A DNA stretch of 64,000 nucleotides, taken from assembly GCA_044892505.1 (NCBI GenBank), contig CM097883.1:93868001-93932000 (forward strand), read 5' to 3'. The position numbers and the translations under genes were made by a program. A model generated the notes under the pieces. That model was given only the letters and a program-made list of their open reading frames with translations, had not been told where the DNA came from and did no database searches. The stretch comes from Schmidtea nova (Eukaryota). Of this stretch, positions 14,184 through 26,802 are shown piece after piece. The first letter of the stretch is position 1. The number at the start of each line of letters is the position of its first letter.

Positions 14184-14555
14184 CAAATTTTTGCCGCCCC
14201 GTTATTCGATGGAAAAATCAAATTGATCTACCCAATTAAATTCGGACTTTTTGTCAATTGATTTTTTTTCATTTTTTATTATTTTCTTAATTATTTTTAA
14301 AATTTATTTCTAATTTATTTTTTCCCGCCTTCTTTGCTACTGTGTTTTTCATCAGAAATCGTTATTTAATTCGTTTTATTTGATTTCTTTCATGTTTCTA
14401 TTTTTCTCTTCATTTTCATTTACTCGTTTTTCTTTTGTATAATTTATCTTTTAAATTTATTTAATTTGCTGTTCTTTTTTAATTTCTTTGATGTTTATAC
14501 CTAAACTTGGGGTAGTGTCAACCCAACATACATATTTATTCATTAGATAAACAAA

Positions 14556-14559
<4 letters not shown>

Positions 14560-14598
<39 letters not shown>
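14560..14598. repeat. (TA)n microsatellite
   Basis: Pure TA run. Confidence 0.95.
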
Positions 14599-14601
<3 letters not shown>

Positions 14602-15039
14602 TTCAAAAAAAAACAGATTTCTTCGGTTTCTACAACAACTTGTTCGATTTCAGCGACAACTTCAGAGAATTCATTTTATATTTTTCGATTTGTATTAGAT
14701 TGTGTTGCTTTCTACTTTGACATTTTGAAATTGAAAATATTTTTGGAAAAGATTATATAAAAAATAAATTTAATATAATAAAAATTGACTCTAACATTAT
14801 TAAATGCGATTACCACATGTCTTTATGATCTTTATGTATGTTAAGAATGCAGATCGATAAATTTTATATGGAGATATTATACTGATATTCTTTTACTGCC
14901 AAAATACGTTTTAGAAAATATTTTTGGGCAAAGATCCGCCTTTATTTTCAAAAAACTTTTAACACCATTTACATTAATTCATGTTAGGGTTTGCAAAAAA
15001 CCGGTCTTTCTATAAACCGGTTTTTCTTTTCTTCGAATA

Positions 15040-15163
15040 CCAAAATTTATACCAAAATTTATACCAAAATTTATACCAAAAATATATACCAAAATTTAAA
15101 CCGAAATTTAAACCGAAATTTAAACCGAAATTTAAACCGAAATTTAAACTGAAATTTAAACCG
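15040..15163. repeat. hAT subterminal 12-bp tandem arrays (ATACCAAAATTT and AAACCGAAATTT units)
   Basis: Directly visible tandem units just inside the TIR. Confidence 0.85.
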
Positions 15164-15204
15164 ATGTTTTTTTTAAATAAAATAATAGTACAAAAATATA
15201 AATT

Positions 15205-17073
15205 TTATTGCTTTTTATTTAAAAAATAAAATTTCAAAAACACAAGAGCATTTAATGATTTGTCACTTAAACGGGTTCTTAATTTGTTACATATATTTCC
15301 TGAAACAGAAAATGTTCTTTCTGCATCTGTTGATGTCGGTTTGATTGTTAGCATTGCTTTATATAATTTTTCTAAATTTTTGGTATGTTTTCCTGACAGT
15401 TCAAATGCAGTATATTCTTTCTTAAATAAATTTAAAGTGACACTTTCCGCTGCTGGTACTGTTCGCAAGACTTCTTTTTCAATAGCTAAATTTAATTCGT
15501 CACCAATTGACATTTCAGAGGTATCTACAGCATCATTTTCAATATTGGAATCAGAAATTGGTGCACTTAATGTTTCATATAAATTTAATCTGTCCATTAG
15601 CTTCTTACCGAAATTCATAAACTCTGTTTTTGATAAATAAGGAAGACCCACATTTTGTTGAGGTTGACCTTGAAAGTTGTTGAAAGTATCTTTTAAAAAT
15701 TTAACCAAAGATGTTAAATTTATATTTCGCCTTTCCATTATTCTTTGTTTTAAAGCAGATAATAAATTTTTACTGATTTTTGTATTTAATAGACTAACTT
15801 TGTTAAGCATAAATAAAATAATTGTTTCTGATGTTATTAATGTAGCATTTTTTCTTCCTAAGGCTTCAATCGCTACTTTTACTGGTGAGAGTGAATCATG
15901 AATATTTTTAAGTATTATTTCAGAAACATTTTCAAGCAAATGTATTTGCTGTAAATCTTTTAATGTTATTTTTATGCAGTCTATGAGTTTCAAAAATCTT
16001 TCTATCATATGAAGTAAACTGTTCCAGCGTATTTTGCAGTCCAAAATTAATTGTAGCTCAATATTGAATTTGGCTTTCACATGTTGTTGCAAAATTGTAT
16101 TTCGAACTGGTGATCGTTTGAAAAATTTCACTACATTTCTAACTCCTTTAATACAAATATGAAGTGAAAGGTCTAAATCTGAATAACAAAGTTCAGGTTC
16201 ATCTTCTGTTTCTGTTACTTCAAAATCCTCATACTCAGATTCTTCTTCGTCTGTTTCTAGACTTTCATCTGGAATACAAGCTGCTTTATTTTTATATAAA
16301 GTATCTGTAACGGCTAAATGAATACCGTGATTTAATCAAAGAACGATTTCAGATTCAAACTCTTTACCAAATTTTACATTTACTGCGGCTCCATCACATG
16401 TTATGGCTACAATATCGTTTTTCAGATTCAAACCGAATTTTTCAAGTCTTTCCTCAATTAATTCTTTGGTTATTTGTGAATTACAACTTCCCTGTATTCG
16501 CACCAAACCTAGATTAAAATTATTTCCATTGCAATCATGAAGATTCACGTTAAGATACCTTCGTCCACGCAGACTAGTCTATTCGTCAAATGTTGCAGAA
16601 TATTTGTCATTACTGGATGAAACCAATTGAAATTTTAATTCATTTTCTTTTTTTTCAGAAAAATTTACAATTAGTTGCATAACAGAGTTTTCAGATTTTG
16701 GAAATTCGTAGCCCCGAGCACTTAAAGATTCACGTATAAAGGTTGACTTTGTAATTTGCCTCGCAGTAAGATCATCTTCTGATGCGAGTTTAGCAAGAAT
16801 TTCTTCCAAACTCGTTCGCTGTACATAATCTAAAATAGTTGTGGATCTTTGTACACATATTTTTTTTGGTGGTATAGATTCACGTTCAATATTTGAATCT
16901 CCAGTCTGTTTAGCTGTTAGATCAACATTATGCTGGCTCCTTAGATGACTTATTAAAGCTGATGTTGATCCTCTTTTACATTGCACCGTATTTTTGCAGG
17001 TCTTGCAAATTGCTCGCTCGTTATTGGGTTCTTTGTTATAATAATCCCAACATATGCTCCTTTTTGGACACAT
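15205..17073 (-). pseudogene. hAT transposase with BED zinc finger, inactivated by two in-frame nonsense codons
   Basis: BED finger WDYY...CKTC...HLRSQH; DE*TS (TAG replacing W), ITCDGAA, L*LNHGIHLAV (TGA replacing C), RWNS, and C-terminal PTSTDAERTFS...RLSDKSL dimerisation motif. All three ORFs share one frame. Confidence 0.9.
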
Positions 17074-20000
17074 CTATGTAAGGGCTACATTTTATTATAT
17101 GTTTATATAACCATTTTTATAAATAACATACCTTGTATTGTAGTTTACGTATTCTAATTATTAATCACTGAGTTTACGTATTCTAATTAATAATTTATTG
17201 AATTTTAAAAAAAAATATTGTGAAATAAATAAACCATTTTATAGTATAAATAACATACCTTGTATTGTAGATTGTAGTTTACGTATTCTAATTAGTAATT
17301 TGCTGAATTTTAAGAAAAAATATTGTGAAATAAATTCTATGTTTAAATTCCAATTATTAATTTGCTGAATTTTAAAAAAAATATTGCGAAATAAATAAAT
17401 ATTGTGAAATAAATAATGTCAAATTGACAGCAAAAACTTCTCTGTCATTTTATCTACCCACTAAACTAAAAAGCTATAAAATGTAAACTCTAACCAATGC
17501 ATTTGGTGAGTTTCGGTTGCGTGAGTTTCGATTTATAAGATAAGGTTATTATATCGACAATATAATGTATATTTTGTTTTAAAATTCAGTATAAGATTTA
17601 ATTTAAAACATTGTAAAACAATAAAAGTGTTGGTTTTTACTAAATTCCGTATTATTTCATCAAACAATTATCGAATACATCAATAAAATATTTTACAGAA
17701 TTTAACCGGTTTCCATTTTGAAAAACCGGGTTTTTCGGTTTTCAAAAATGCACCAAAAAACCGGTTTTTTTAAACCGGTATGAACCGGTTTGCAAACCCT
17801 AATTCATGTTGTGGATGAAAAATTTTTCCACACAACACATGAAATCTGAGAGCACAGCGATTGGCGTGACACGGAAAACAGTATAAATACGACGCTAAAA
17901 TCATTAATTCAACATCACAGTTGTCAGCAAACTTTACTTATCATTATTAGGCAGAAAGCTACGCAAAAAATATATGGATCAGTAAATAATATTGTTACAT
18001 AAAATCAAAAAATTGTTTCTATTATGGATTTTGAAAATTAAATTATAAAAAAAAATGATTAAGAAGTTTTATTAAAAATTAAAAAAAAATTATTAATAAA
18101 TGCTTAATAATATTTTTATCCAAAATGATTTATATTATGAATTTTGAAAATTAAATTGGTTAAGTGGTTCTTCCGAGACACTGGTAGGTTCCCATCTCCG
18201 GTGACACATTGGCGTGACTCTGCTGCAACCACATACCAACTTTTTAAAATATAAAATGAAGTTGCGAAGTCCCCGCAATTCTCTTAAGGAGGTCTTTGGA
18301 ATGTACTAAGTGTCCAATTGGATTGCCCAACTGTCACAGATAAGATAAATCATCAAAATAAAGTTCAGGGAAATTTTTACCGATTCCAGAATATAAACCG
18401 GAAAATAAATGCATATCTCTATACAAGTTTTCGTAATCATCAATGAAACTGAATTTTCAAATACAAACTCAGAATTTTCAGATGTAGCAATGCTACAAAT
18501 TCTAAAGATAAATGTGTGTATAATGTAAATGACTGGATGTAAATGCTAGGTAGTATTAGGTGATGTTTCGGAGAGTTATGAGTTGATTATCAAAGGAATT
18601 ACATAAAGATAAAGTAATGAGCAGTTTTGATAACATAGCTCATCTGCTTATTGGTTCTCATACCACTATGCACATTACCAACATAATTGTCAAGGAGATA
18701 TAGGTATACAAATGAGGATAGTCAGGGATTGTGAGTGTTAAGGTTATAGTAGTCATAGAAACGTTAAAGTTGAAACAACCTATGTAACAACACTGAATTT
18801 AAATATCGTTTTCAAAATTTTATTTTAATAAATCAATTAACAATTCAAAATATCATACTTTCATTTATTTTTCATAAACGTCTTATAATATTATTATAAG
18901 AGTTCTAATTAGTAATTTTGCATTTTGAGAACATAAAAATTATAAGTAAATAATCAAAAAATAATCAAATAAATAATCAAATAGATTAAATACTAATTAT
19001 TAATCTAAATTTTTCTAATGGAAGATGAAGTAAACGCTCCTTTATAATATTATATAAAGGATGTAATTTATATAATTATAAAAAGTACATCTTTTAGGCA
19101 AAAGCAAATTATCCTTAGACTGTATAAATTAAGTAATAATTATACAGACACCCCTAAAAATTTGAAGGAGGCTAAATTATTTACATTTCATAATACTACA
19201 ATATCAAACAATACTGTAAAATGATACAATCAATTATGTATTCGCTTATATAATATTTTATTGCCTTAACAATGACATAATATTATAAAATGACTTGAGC
19301 GATGAAGTTAGAGATGATGAAATTAATTAAATTTTAAATTTTTATTATTTTTAAAATTTTTTTATAAAAACTCGGAATTTTACAATTTGAAATTCATTCA
19401 ATAAAATCCCTCATAAAAAGGTCTACACTCCGTCGAATTCACACGTTAAAAGGGCCGAATCACACAAGTAAAAATACGCTAAAATTAACACAAAAACTCA
19501 AAAAATTTCCTAAGATTTGTAAATTAAAAGCCTCAATCAAAAACAGACAAAAAGATTCACACAAGAAATTCAAAAGTAAAAGTAGTTAATATTTATTAAC
19601 AAAAATAACAAGTATCGTCACACATTCAAAAGCTTCTAATAAAACACTCTAAATTACATATAATTTGGAATGAATCTTATTTGGAGTTATAAATATCCGA
19701 GTAGTAGGCCTTTCTCATTTCAGCCGCCAGTATGTGTACCGATTTCTCGTTTAAAATCGTGACAGTAAGCAAAACTGTTTGCGCAAGAAACTCTTAACGC
19801 ATTTTCAACGCATTTCACTCCAGCCCCAAACATCATATCACAATTCATTTTCAGAAGCTTTTCAATGTTGATACATATATATCATACACTAACAACTCGG
19901 AGCTCAATAATGCGGATTGCTTTTAATAGTTGAATATAATTCTTGATTCTTTTTAAGCATCACTTCTAATTAATTAACTAAAGAAAAAATAAAAATAACC

Positions 20001-20313
20001 AGTCTCTTAATTTTTGACATTTTCAAATTTTTACAATCAAGAAATAACAATTAATTTAAACAAAATTAATTTAATTTATTAACATATTAATTTTATTAAT
20101 AATATTTTCCACATATTTATTATATTCCAAAGTTTAAATTTTGTTGGTGTTTGGTCGAGGATCGAAAACAAATTGGCTAGGAGTAATGTCTGGCAGTAGG
20201 CAAAACCGTTGTTGCAAGAAACTCTCATTATATCCTTACATATAATACAGTTGTCAACGCATTTCATGCCAGCCCAAGCATCTTATCATAATGCATTTCC
20301 AGCAGCTTTTCAA

Positions 20314-20560
20314 NNNNNNNNNNNNNNNNNNNNNNNNNNNNNNNNNNNNNNNNNNNNNNNNNNNNNNNNNNNNNNNNNNNNNNNNNNNNNNNNNNNNNNN
20401 NNNNNNNNNNNNNNNNNNNNNNNNNNNNNNNNNNNNNNNNNNNNNNNNNNNNNNNNNNNNNNNNNNNNNNNNNNNNNNNNNNNNNNNNNNNNNNNNNNNN
20501 NNNNNNNNNNNNNNNNNNNNNNNNNNNNNNNNNNNNNNNNNNNNNNNNNNNNNNNNNNNN
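20314..20560. other. Assembly gap
   Basis: Run of N. Confidence 1.
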
Positions 20561-21084
20561 CGAATATGGAAGCCAAAAAAATAGTCGCCAAAGAAAAAAA
20601 AGCTTTAATTGGTTAAAATCGTCGCCAATGTTGAAACCCGAAAAAATTGTCGAAACTGTAATACAAAAAAATAGTGGACAATATTGAATCCTAAAAAATA
20701 GTCTAAAAAATTAGGAGCCAAAAATAATACAATTTTTTTAGAAGGGTGTTAGTTAACTGTAATAGGTAGTAAATATTCTAAATGTATTTATAATTAAATT
20801 ACCGGGGGGAGTTTTTTGTCAAAAATTAGTGTTATGAACTCAGACTGTTGTTTAAATGCCACACAAATAATAATTTTCCAATTACAAATACAAAACTTGT
20901 ATCTAAATATATTTCTATTTTTGTTATAATAATGTCTTTACAAACCCGTTAGTTATACATGGTACTTATTAAATTGGAAATGAAACAAACAGACTAAAAA
21001 TAAAATACACAAAAAATTATGCATTGGGGGGGGGGTACCAAAAAGATAGAAAAATTTTTGAAAATTTCTTTGTTATAAAAAGGA

Positions 21085-21221
21085 TGAGTCATCGATATTT
21101 TTGACATGGACACTTTGGCGCTTTTTAGAACAAAGACCATGAGTCATACAAATTCGGATGACGCATCATTTTGAAGCATGACTCACCCTCTACAAAATGC
21201 ATGACTCACCTTGATGACTCA
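21085..21221. promoter_or_regulatory. Cluster of AP-1-type TGA(C/G)TCA motifs
   Basis: Five perfect heptamers (21085, 21140, 21179, 21202, 21215), one near match (21159), and ATTGG at ~21243. Confidence 0.5.
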
Positions 21222-21298
21222 TCGCTTCACGGACGATTCTGATTGGTCTGAGCCAAAGAGCACCCTTCTCACTACTACATTTACAACTTTTATAGAAC

Positions 21299-21324
21299 TA
21301 TATATATATATATATATATATATA
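21299..21324. repeat. (TA)n microsatellite
   Basis: Pure TA run. Confidence 0.95.
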
Positions 21325-21462
21325 ACTAATATAGCTAAATATAGCTAATACAACTACACTATTTACTAACATTTAAAATTATCTAAATTAAATAAATTAA
21401 CAAATATCAAACATAATTTTTTTGTAAACATGGAACTTTTGGTATTGGTAGCTTTCTTCAAT

Positions 21463-22328
21463 TTATGGAATATAAATTTTTTGAATTGATTGAACATTGC
21501 ATTTACAAATTGGACAAGAATTGGCTGGGTTATCTTTCAAGATACCGGCACAATTGTCACAGATACACACATGGAAACAAGACACCATCATGTGGCTGAT
21601 GCGTTTAATTAGACAGATTTTACAAACAATTACAAGTGGAAGATATGTTTGCTTCTGAATGGCTTGCACACTCTCCTCTTGTTCAGCCTCCAGTGCTTCA
21701 ATTTCCTCTTGTTTTCTCATTAGGTGTTCATTTCTTTCCTCAATTTGGATCTTTTCCAAATCAGACTTAGACAGTTTAAGGTTTGAAAATTGATTTGCCA
21801 TCTGATTGATGAACTGAATTGGAGTAATTGCATGATCTCGGAGTTTTTGTTCAGCTTTGTCCATCACACGCTTTGCAAACTTAGTCTTCTTTGCCTCCTC
21901 CATTCTCACTGGCAAATTGTTCTTGATCTGAGCAATCTCAATGACAGTTGGCTCAATAACATCCCGTGTTAATTGATCTAAAAGGACCAAATTGTCACCA
22001 CATGATGAATTTTTTTGGCCATTCTGGAATGCAAGCTTTCACAATGGTTATTGGTCCTATGTTCCAGGCCATAACTGCTGATGACATCAGTTCCCACTTG
22101 CTGCATCCATTACTTCAAAAAGTACTCCTGGTGAAGGTTTTTCCACTGTCGCCGACATCTAGCACTTCTCAGCTGAGCGATTTCACCCTTGAGGACGTTT
22201 AATGTTGGAAGTATTTGGTCCGAAGGAAGTAAAGACAGGGCAAAATGTTTCCTTACAAATGTTGCAAATTCCTTATCATCTCTGAACTCAACAGCCATTG
22301 TTTCCTTCACTTTTCCGGAGTAAATCAA
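21463..22328 (-). pseudogene. Mutator (MULE)-type transposase C-terminal half fused to a C-terminal C3HC4 RING finger
   Basis: VRKHFALSLLPSDQI and EYFLK*WM...RTNNHCESLHSRM (MULE motifs), a frameshift at ~21975, then CKICLIKRISHMMVSCFHVCICDNC...CPICKCNVQSIQKIYIP. Confidence 0.75.
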
Positions 22329-22918
22329 TGAGTATTGTTATAGGTTTTTTTGTTGGTTTACGTATTGTTACTTTTGTTAAGAATTGTTATTTATTTTGTG
22401 TTTATGTATGATAGGAAGTTATTTAAGAGCCCAAGAGAGTCTTCCCGAAAACTAAATCTTGTGGGGACACTCGGGGTGCCTGTATATGTTATGTCGAATT
22501 TACAATGGATCGAATAAAAATGAAAAACAAACAATAAATTCAGAACAATAAAACTATATTTTTAAAGACAATTAAATACTACTCACGAACGTTAAGTTTT
22601 CAGCCAAAAATAGAGTTTGGTTAGATCTTGGATAGGCTTCAGTTGATTCTTGAGACTTGTCGTAATTGTGGAATTTTGTTGATTATATCCAGGAATTTAA
22701 TTTTTGTTTGCTAATTACTTCTTTTATTATTTTTCATTAACCAATCGATATCCCCAATTTGTAATTTGGCTTACTATAGCAATTTACTATAGCAAGCCAA
22801 ATTCAAATTTATTTTAAATAATAAACATAAAATTATAAAATTTATATACATAATACGTACCAATAATTGGGGGGGGGGGTTATCCGGTGTCCGCAATGAC
22901 ACACACCCTAACCGGAGC

Positions 22919-23615
22919 GGTAACCATAATAATAATAATTACAGTATGGATAATAACAATAATAAAATACGACATTAACATAATTTCCCCATTTAAAACC
23001 GGAGATTAACATTTGAACGAAAGAAAAAAAAACACTCACAGAATCACTCTCACAGGTCACACCGAATTTACATTTTTAACGATAACAGTAACTTGAAACC
23101 TTTTTTTCTGTTTTGTTTTGTTTTTTTTTGTTTTTGTTATATTTTGTTTTTTTTTGTTTTGTTTAATTACCATTTAATACAAAAAGTTGCATATTTACAA
23201 AGAAACATAAAAAATCTGTACAAATAGTTATGTTGTGCCTGTGTTTTGCTTATGTGTGTTTGTGCTTTTTTACTTGAGGCATTCGCTGTAGCGTTTTTTT
23301 TCTTGGGGTAGTTGGTGTGGGACGTTGTGTGTAATTTGATTGTAGTAATGATAGGGTTTTAATCTGCGAATGTTGACTGCACAGGTTGTAGTTTCCTTCT
23401 TTTAAAGATTGGAATAAATAACTTGGTAGCAAACTAATAATTGAACCAGAATCAACAAGAAAATTTATATTGTTGCTTTGCACTGTGAATGTTAAGTAGT
23501 CGCAAAATGTCGGTGCTGTCATTGGCGACTTTAATTGTTTCCCGGATTTTTGGGGTAACCATAATCATAATAATAACAGTATGGATAATAACAATAATAA
23601 AATATGACATTAACA
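22919..23615 (-). mobile_element. Internally deleted Ty3/gypsy-like derivative
   Basis: 62-bp direct repeats (22919-22980, 23554-23615) starting TGTTAATG on the minus strand; PPT-like AAATGGGGAAA before the left copy; retropepsin relic FLVDSGSIISLLP in ORF 23250-23522. Confidence 0.6.
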
Positions 23616-23629
23616 AGTATATTGAGAAG

Positions 23630-24089
23630 AAAATGATGAGAAATGAAAAGGGGAACTTTGTAAAACCGAATCTACAAGAAATAGTCAAGTGGATTAATGA
23701 TAATTAATGATTAATTAATGATAACTTTGTCAAAAAAGCTTTGAAGGCTGCCTATCTGGATAAGTCGGCTTCATTCGAAGAAAGCTTCGTAGCAAAAAAT
23801 GAGAGATTAGGACCACTTATCAAAGATAAACTTAATTCACAGGAATTAATTGAGAGTGTTCAAAATCTTGTTTTTTTTGAAGATGTCACAAAAAAGGACG
23901 ATTTAACTGTATTTGATTAAAATGCCTGTATCTTTTTAAAAACATTTGAAATATTATAATATTAAAATATATTATGATTTTTTAAGTAATCGGTAAAAAA
24001 AATGTAAGCGGTTCTCCAAATATAAGAGTTGCCCCACTTTTTTCGTCGGAAAATAATATTAGCGGCCGCTTATAATAGGAAAAATACGG
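23630..24089 (+). mobile_element. pogo/Tigger-like transposon 3' fragment with right TIR
   Basis: C-terminal relic EKGNFVKPNLQEIVKWI...FVKKALKAAYL. Terminus reads CCGTATTTTTCCTATTATAAGCGGCCGC on the minus strand and is followed by TA at 24090-24091. Confidence 0.6.
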
Positions 24090-24111
24090 TATAATAATTA
24101 ATTAATTAAAA

Positions 24112-24172
24112 ATGGAATTAAGAAATGACGTGGTTTATCAAATAGTAGGACCTAGCAAAAGTGGTGTTGTAG
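24112..24172 (+). pseudogene. Possible Polinton packaging-ATPase N-terminal fragment
   Basis: MELRNDVVYQIVGPSKSG resembles a truncated Walker A (GPSGSGKT); convergent with the pPolB relic. Confidence 0.4.
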
Positions 24173-24233
24173 TGTCGGGTGAGAATTGCACTGACTACTT
24201 ATCACTCAATCTTCCGAGAACCACTACGTAAAA

Positions 24234-26802
24234 TTAGTTACTTCCCCTCGACTGTATACCCGCTGTATACTGTATACCTCGACTGTATACCTCGACTGTA
24301 TACCTCGACTGTATACCTCGACTGTATATAATTGCCGGTATTTCTAAATACAATTCGATTGTGTAATCATAATCAAGCAGACTTAGATTTACCGTTGTAC
24401 ATTCAATTAATAATCTCTCTAAAGCCGTATCGTCAAAATCACCACCGGGAAGCTTTTGACTCAAAGGCCGTCCATACAGGTTGTTTATGTCAATGTACAA
24501 CAACTCTGTATTTTCATCACTACGAACGAAATGCTTATTGACAACAGTTATCCCACCTCTAATCCCAAGAAATTGTACATCTCCATGTCGATGAGAAGTA
24601 CAATAGGTTTATCAAGACTTAACAAAGCAGAACTCCAAGAAAGACCGGGGATGCCAAGAAAGTTAAGGGGCTCAAGCTTATTATGGGCAATACTCTTAGC
24701 CCGGAATTGCTGAAAAAAGTTAGCCAAGAGAAAAACATCTAGTTTCAAATAGACCATCATATAATCCAGAAGGGAATTACACGATGTCTCTTGCCATATC
24801 AATTTGACCTTATCATATTCATCTTGGGACACATCACTCCATTTTGGGGGTAATTCCAATGTCGATTTTAATACATCAAGGGATGTCGCTATATCATATG
24901 GGAATATTCCTTTACTGTTTATGATAGTGCCTCTAAACTCAGATTCCGTCAAGGGTAATGAATTTAAGTTTGACACAGCCTTTTTCAATGATGAATTTAC
25001 AAATTGGCAACTATCGATAAATTTAACTGTCAATGAATCTATATTGGCGGATAGGGTTAAAAACTTCTCACTTGTTAGCGGAATACAACTTAAATTCCAG
25101 GACTTATAATTTGACATGCCGAATTTGAGGATATGATGAAGATCATACCCTTTCAAATTGTGAAAGACTACAGGTAGTGAGTGTCGTATTTGCCTGGATA
25201 AATTACATTTGCTACAAGCAGCACCAATGAATTTGCCATTGAAGTGATTATGGTCTCTAACTTGGGTATCTAATAACTTATTACACAAATGACAGTTTGT
25301 GCTGTTACTGAAATTAATTGCGTCATCGTCGGTAAAAATAATTTTCTTGTCGAAATTTTTATAATAGTAGGGACTTACAATCTTTTTTGATATATGCTCA
25401 ATTTGATGCAAAAATTGATCTACACAAGAAAGTCCTATGAAAGATTTATAAAATTTCTCTCCCGTATAATTGTTAATACACAAAAACCCAGCCGAAATGG
25501 GTAAGTGTTTTTGATAATATCTTTCATCTTTTGGGAATATTGCCTCAAAATCGGCATAAATAACAAAAGGAGAAGTGAGGGTTTTTCTATAATCGGTAAA
25601 ATCCAATAAAGGGTTTTCGGGTAGAGTATACATTGTGGTTCCTACTTGGTTTTTCTCACAAAGACTTCTATGTCTATTAAAACTATCATCAAGTCTAAAT
25701 ACATTAAGACACCTAGGACACCACTTACATTGAATGCGAACGGAACTTATTGAAGAGTTTCGAAAATTTAGAAATACATTTAGGTTAGATATAGCGACAT
25801 AATGGTAGGTTTTTCGATTCTCCAATAATAATAAATTTAAACAAGTACCTCCTACCACCTTACTACGATAAATAATATCTATGAAGAGATGTTTCATTAT
25901 AGGGTCATTATTACTTATATCAATCAATGCATTCTCGTCGTAACTTAAGACATTAATGGCATATCCTGGGTTTTGGCTTTCAAATTTGGAAGTCTTTGAT
26001 AATTTCATTGGCATATCAGCCGGGTCATATACAAGTTGGGAAAGATTATAGGATGAAGACAGATGACGCAATTCATCGGGAGTGCTGTTATATTTTATAA
26101 GGGCCAAGATCGAATACATTAACTATACAATTTTTCCTGTTTAACGTTCTGGGGGTTTCAATATATTTGCGACCGCTCAGTCTACTAATCTCAGAGTATT
26201 TCGTGACTATAAAACTAATATGTTCAATTTTTCTGATGGTCCAATTACTCCCCTTTTCATTTATTTTACTTTTTTTCGTTTAAAAGAGAGACACCCTCGT
26301 CAATGAAAGATTCACTCCAAACACGAACAGAGTTTGAGATGACGAAAGATTGAAGTTCATCATCTTTCTCAAACTCTACTTTAATACAAAATTGTATTTT
26401 CACTGATTTCATTTTACTTACAGTTTCCAATAATTTATCAAGGAGAACGTCAGGAACAGAAAGAGTTTGACAATTTAAAGAGGATACATCAAGCTTCACA
26501 ATAACATGTGAGTTATTCAAGTCAGAAACTATATCAACTACACCACAGCCTACTTGAACCGAAAAACAATTAAGAATTTGGGGTACTACCTCGTCATCAC
26601 TAAGAATCTCGTCATCGCTAATATTTACAACATCATCACTAATATTTACAACCTCGTTATCTATAAGAACCTCGTGGTCGTCATCGTCACTTATTGTTAT
26701 AATTTCATCTATTTTAATCTTTTTTGTGGGAATATCAGTTGAAAAATCTGATTGTATTTTATTAGCTATTACATCTATTAACTTATTGATGGACTGTATC
26801 AA
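24234..26802 (-). pseudogene. Polinton/Maverick- or adintovirus-type protein-primed DNA polymerase B, fragmented
   Basis: N-terminal GSNWTI...KY...YIETP; Exo I VIYADFEA; Endo VII-like CHLC...RDHNH...C insert; Exo II FHNLKGYD; FIDS; KGIFPYD; LKLDVFLL; YIDINNLYG. Confidence 0.85.
24247..24329. repeat. 13-bp tandem repeat CTCGACTGTATAC (~6 units)
   Basis: Visible tandem units at the truncated 3' end of pPolB. Confidence 0.85.

Larger units (their letters stand above)
11660..14528 (-). mobile_element. Solo LTR (2,869 bp) of a family related to the giant element
   Basis: Termini TGTTGG (11660) and CCCAACA (14528), flanked by a 4-bp TACA duplication (11656-11659, 14529-14532). The minus strand starts TGTTGGG like the giant LTR. 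Shares a GAGTAGT.CTA...GTGCTCACCT motif ~150 bp from the LTR end and has a decayed LTR-ORF2 homologue. Confidence 0.75.
14985..17801 (-). mobile_element. hAT DNA transposon, 2,817 bp
   Basis: 13-bp TIRs TAGGGTTTGCAAA; 8-bp TSD ATTCATGT (14977-14984 and 17802-17809); subterminal AAACCG(G/A) arrays at both ends. Confidence 0.95.

Noticed and set aside
17860-17895. ATTGG...TATAAATA promoter-like pair right of the hAT element
   Set aside because: No LTR termini, TSD or downstream ORF could be tied to it.
20209-20616. ORFs spanning N runs (also 57194-57459)
   Set aside because: Artefacts of assembly gaps.
15040-24329. Short tandem arrays as CRISPR-like repeats (3930, 15040, 24247, 31872)
   Set aside because: No unique spacers and no cas genes; eukaryotic transposon context.
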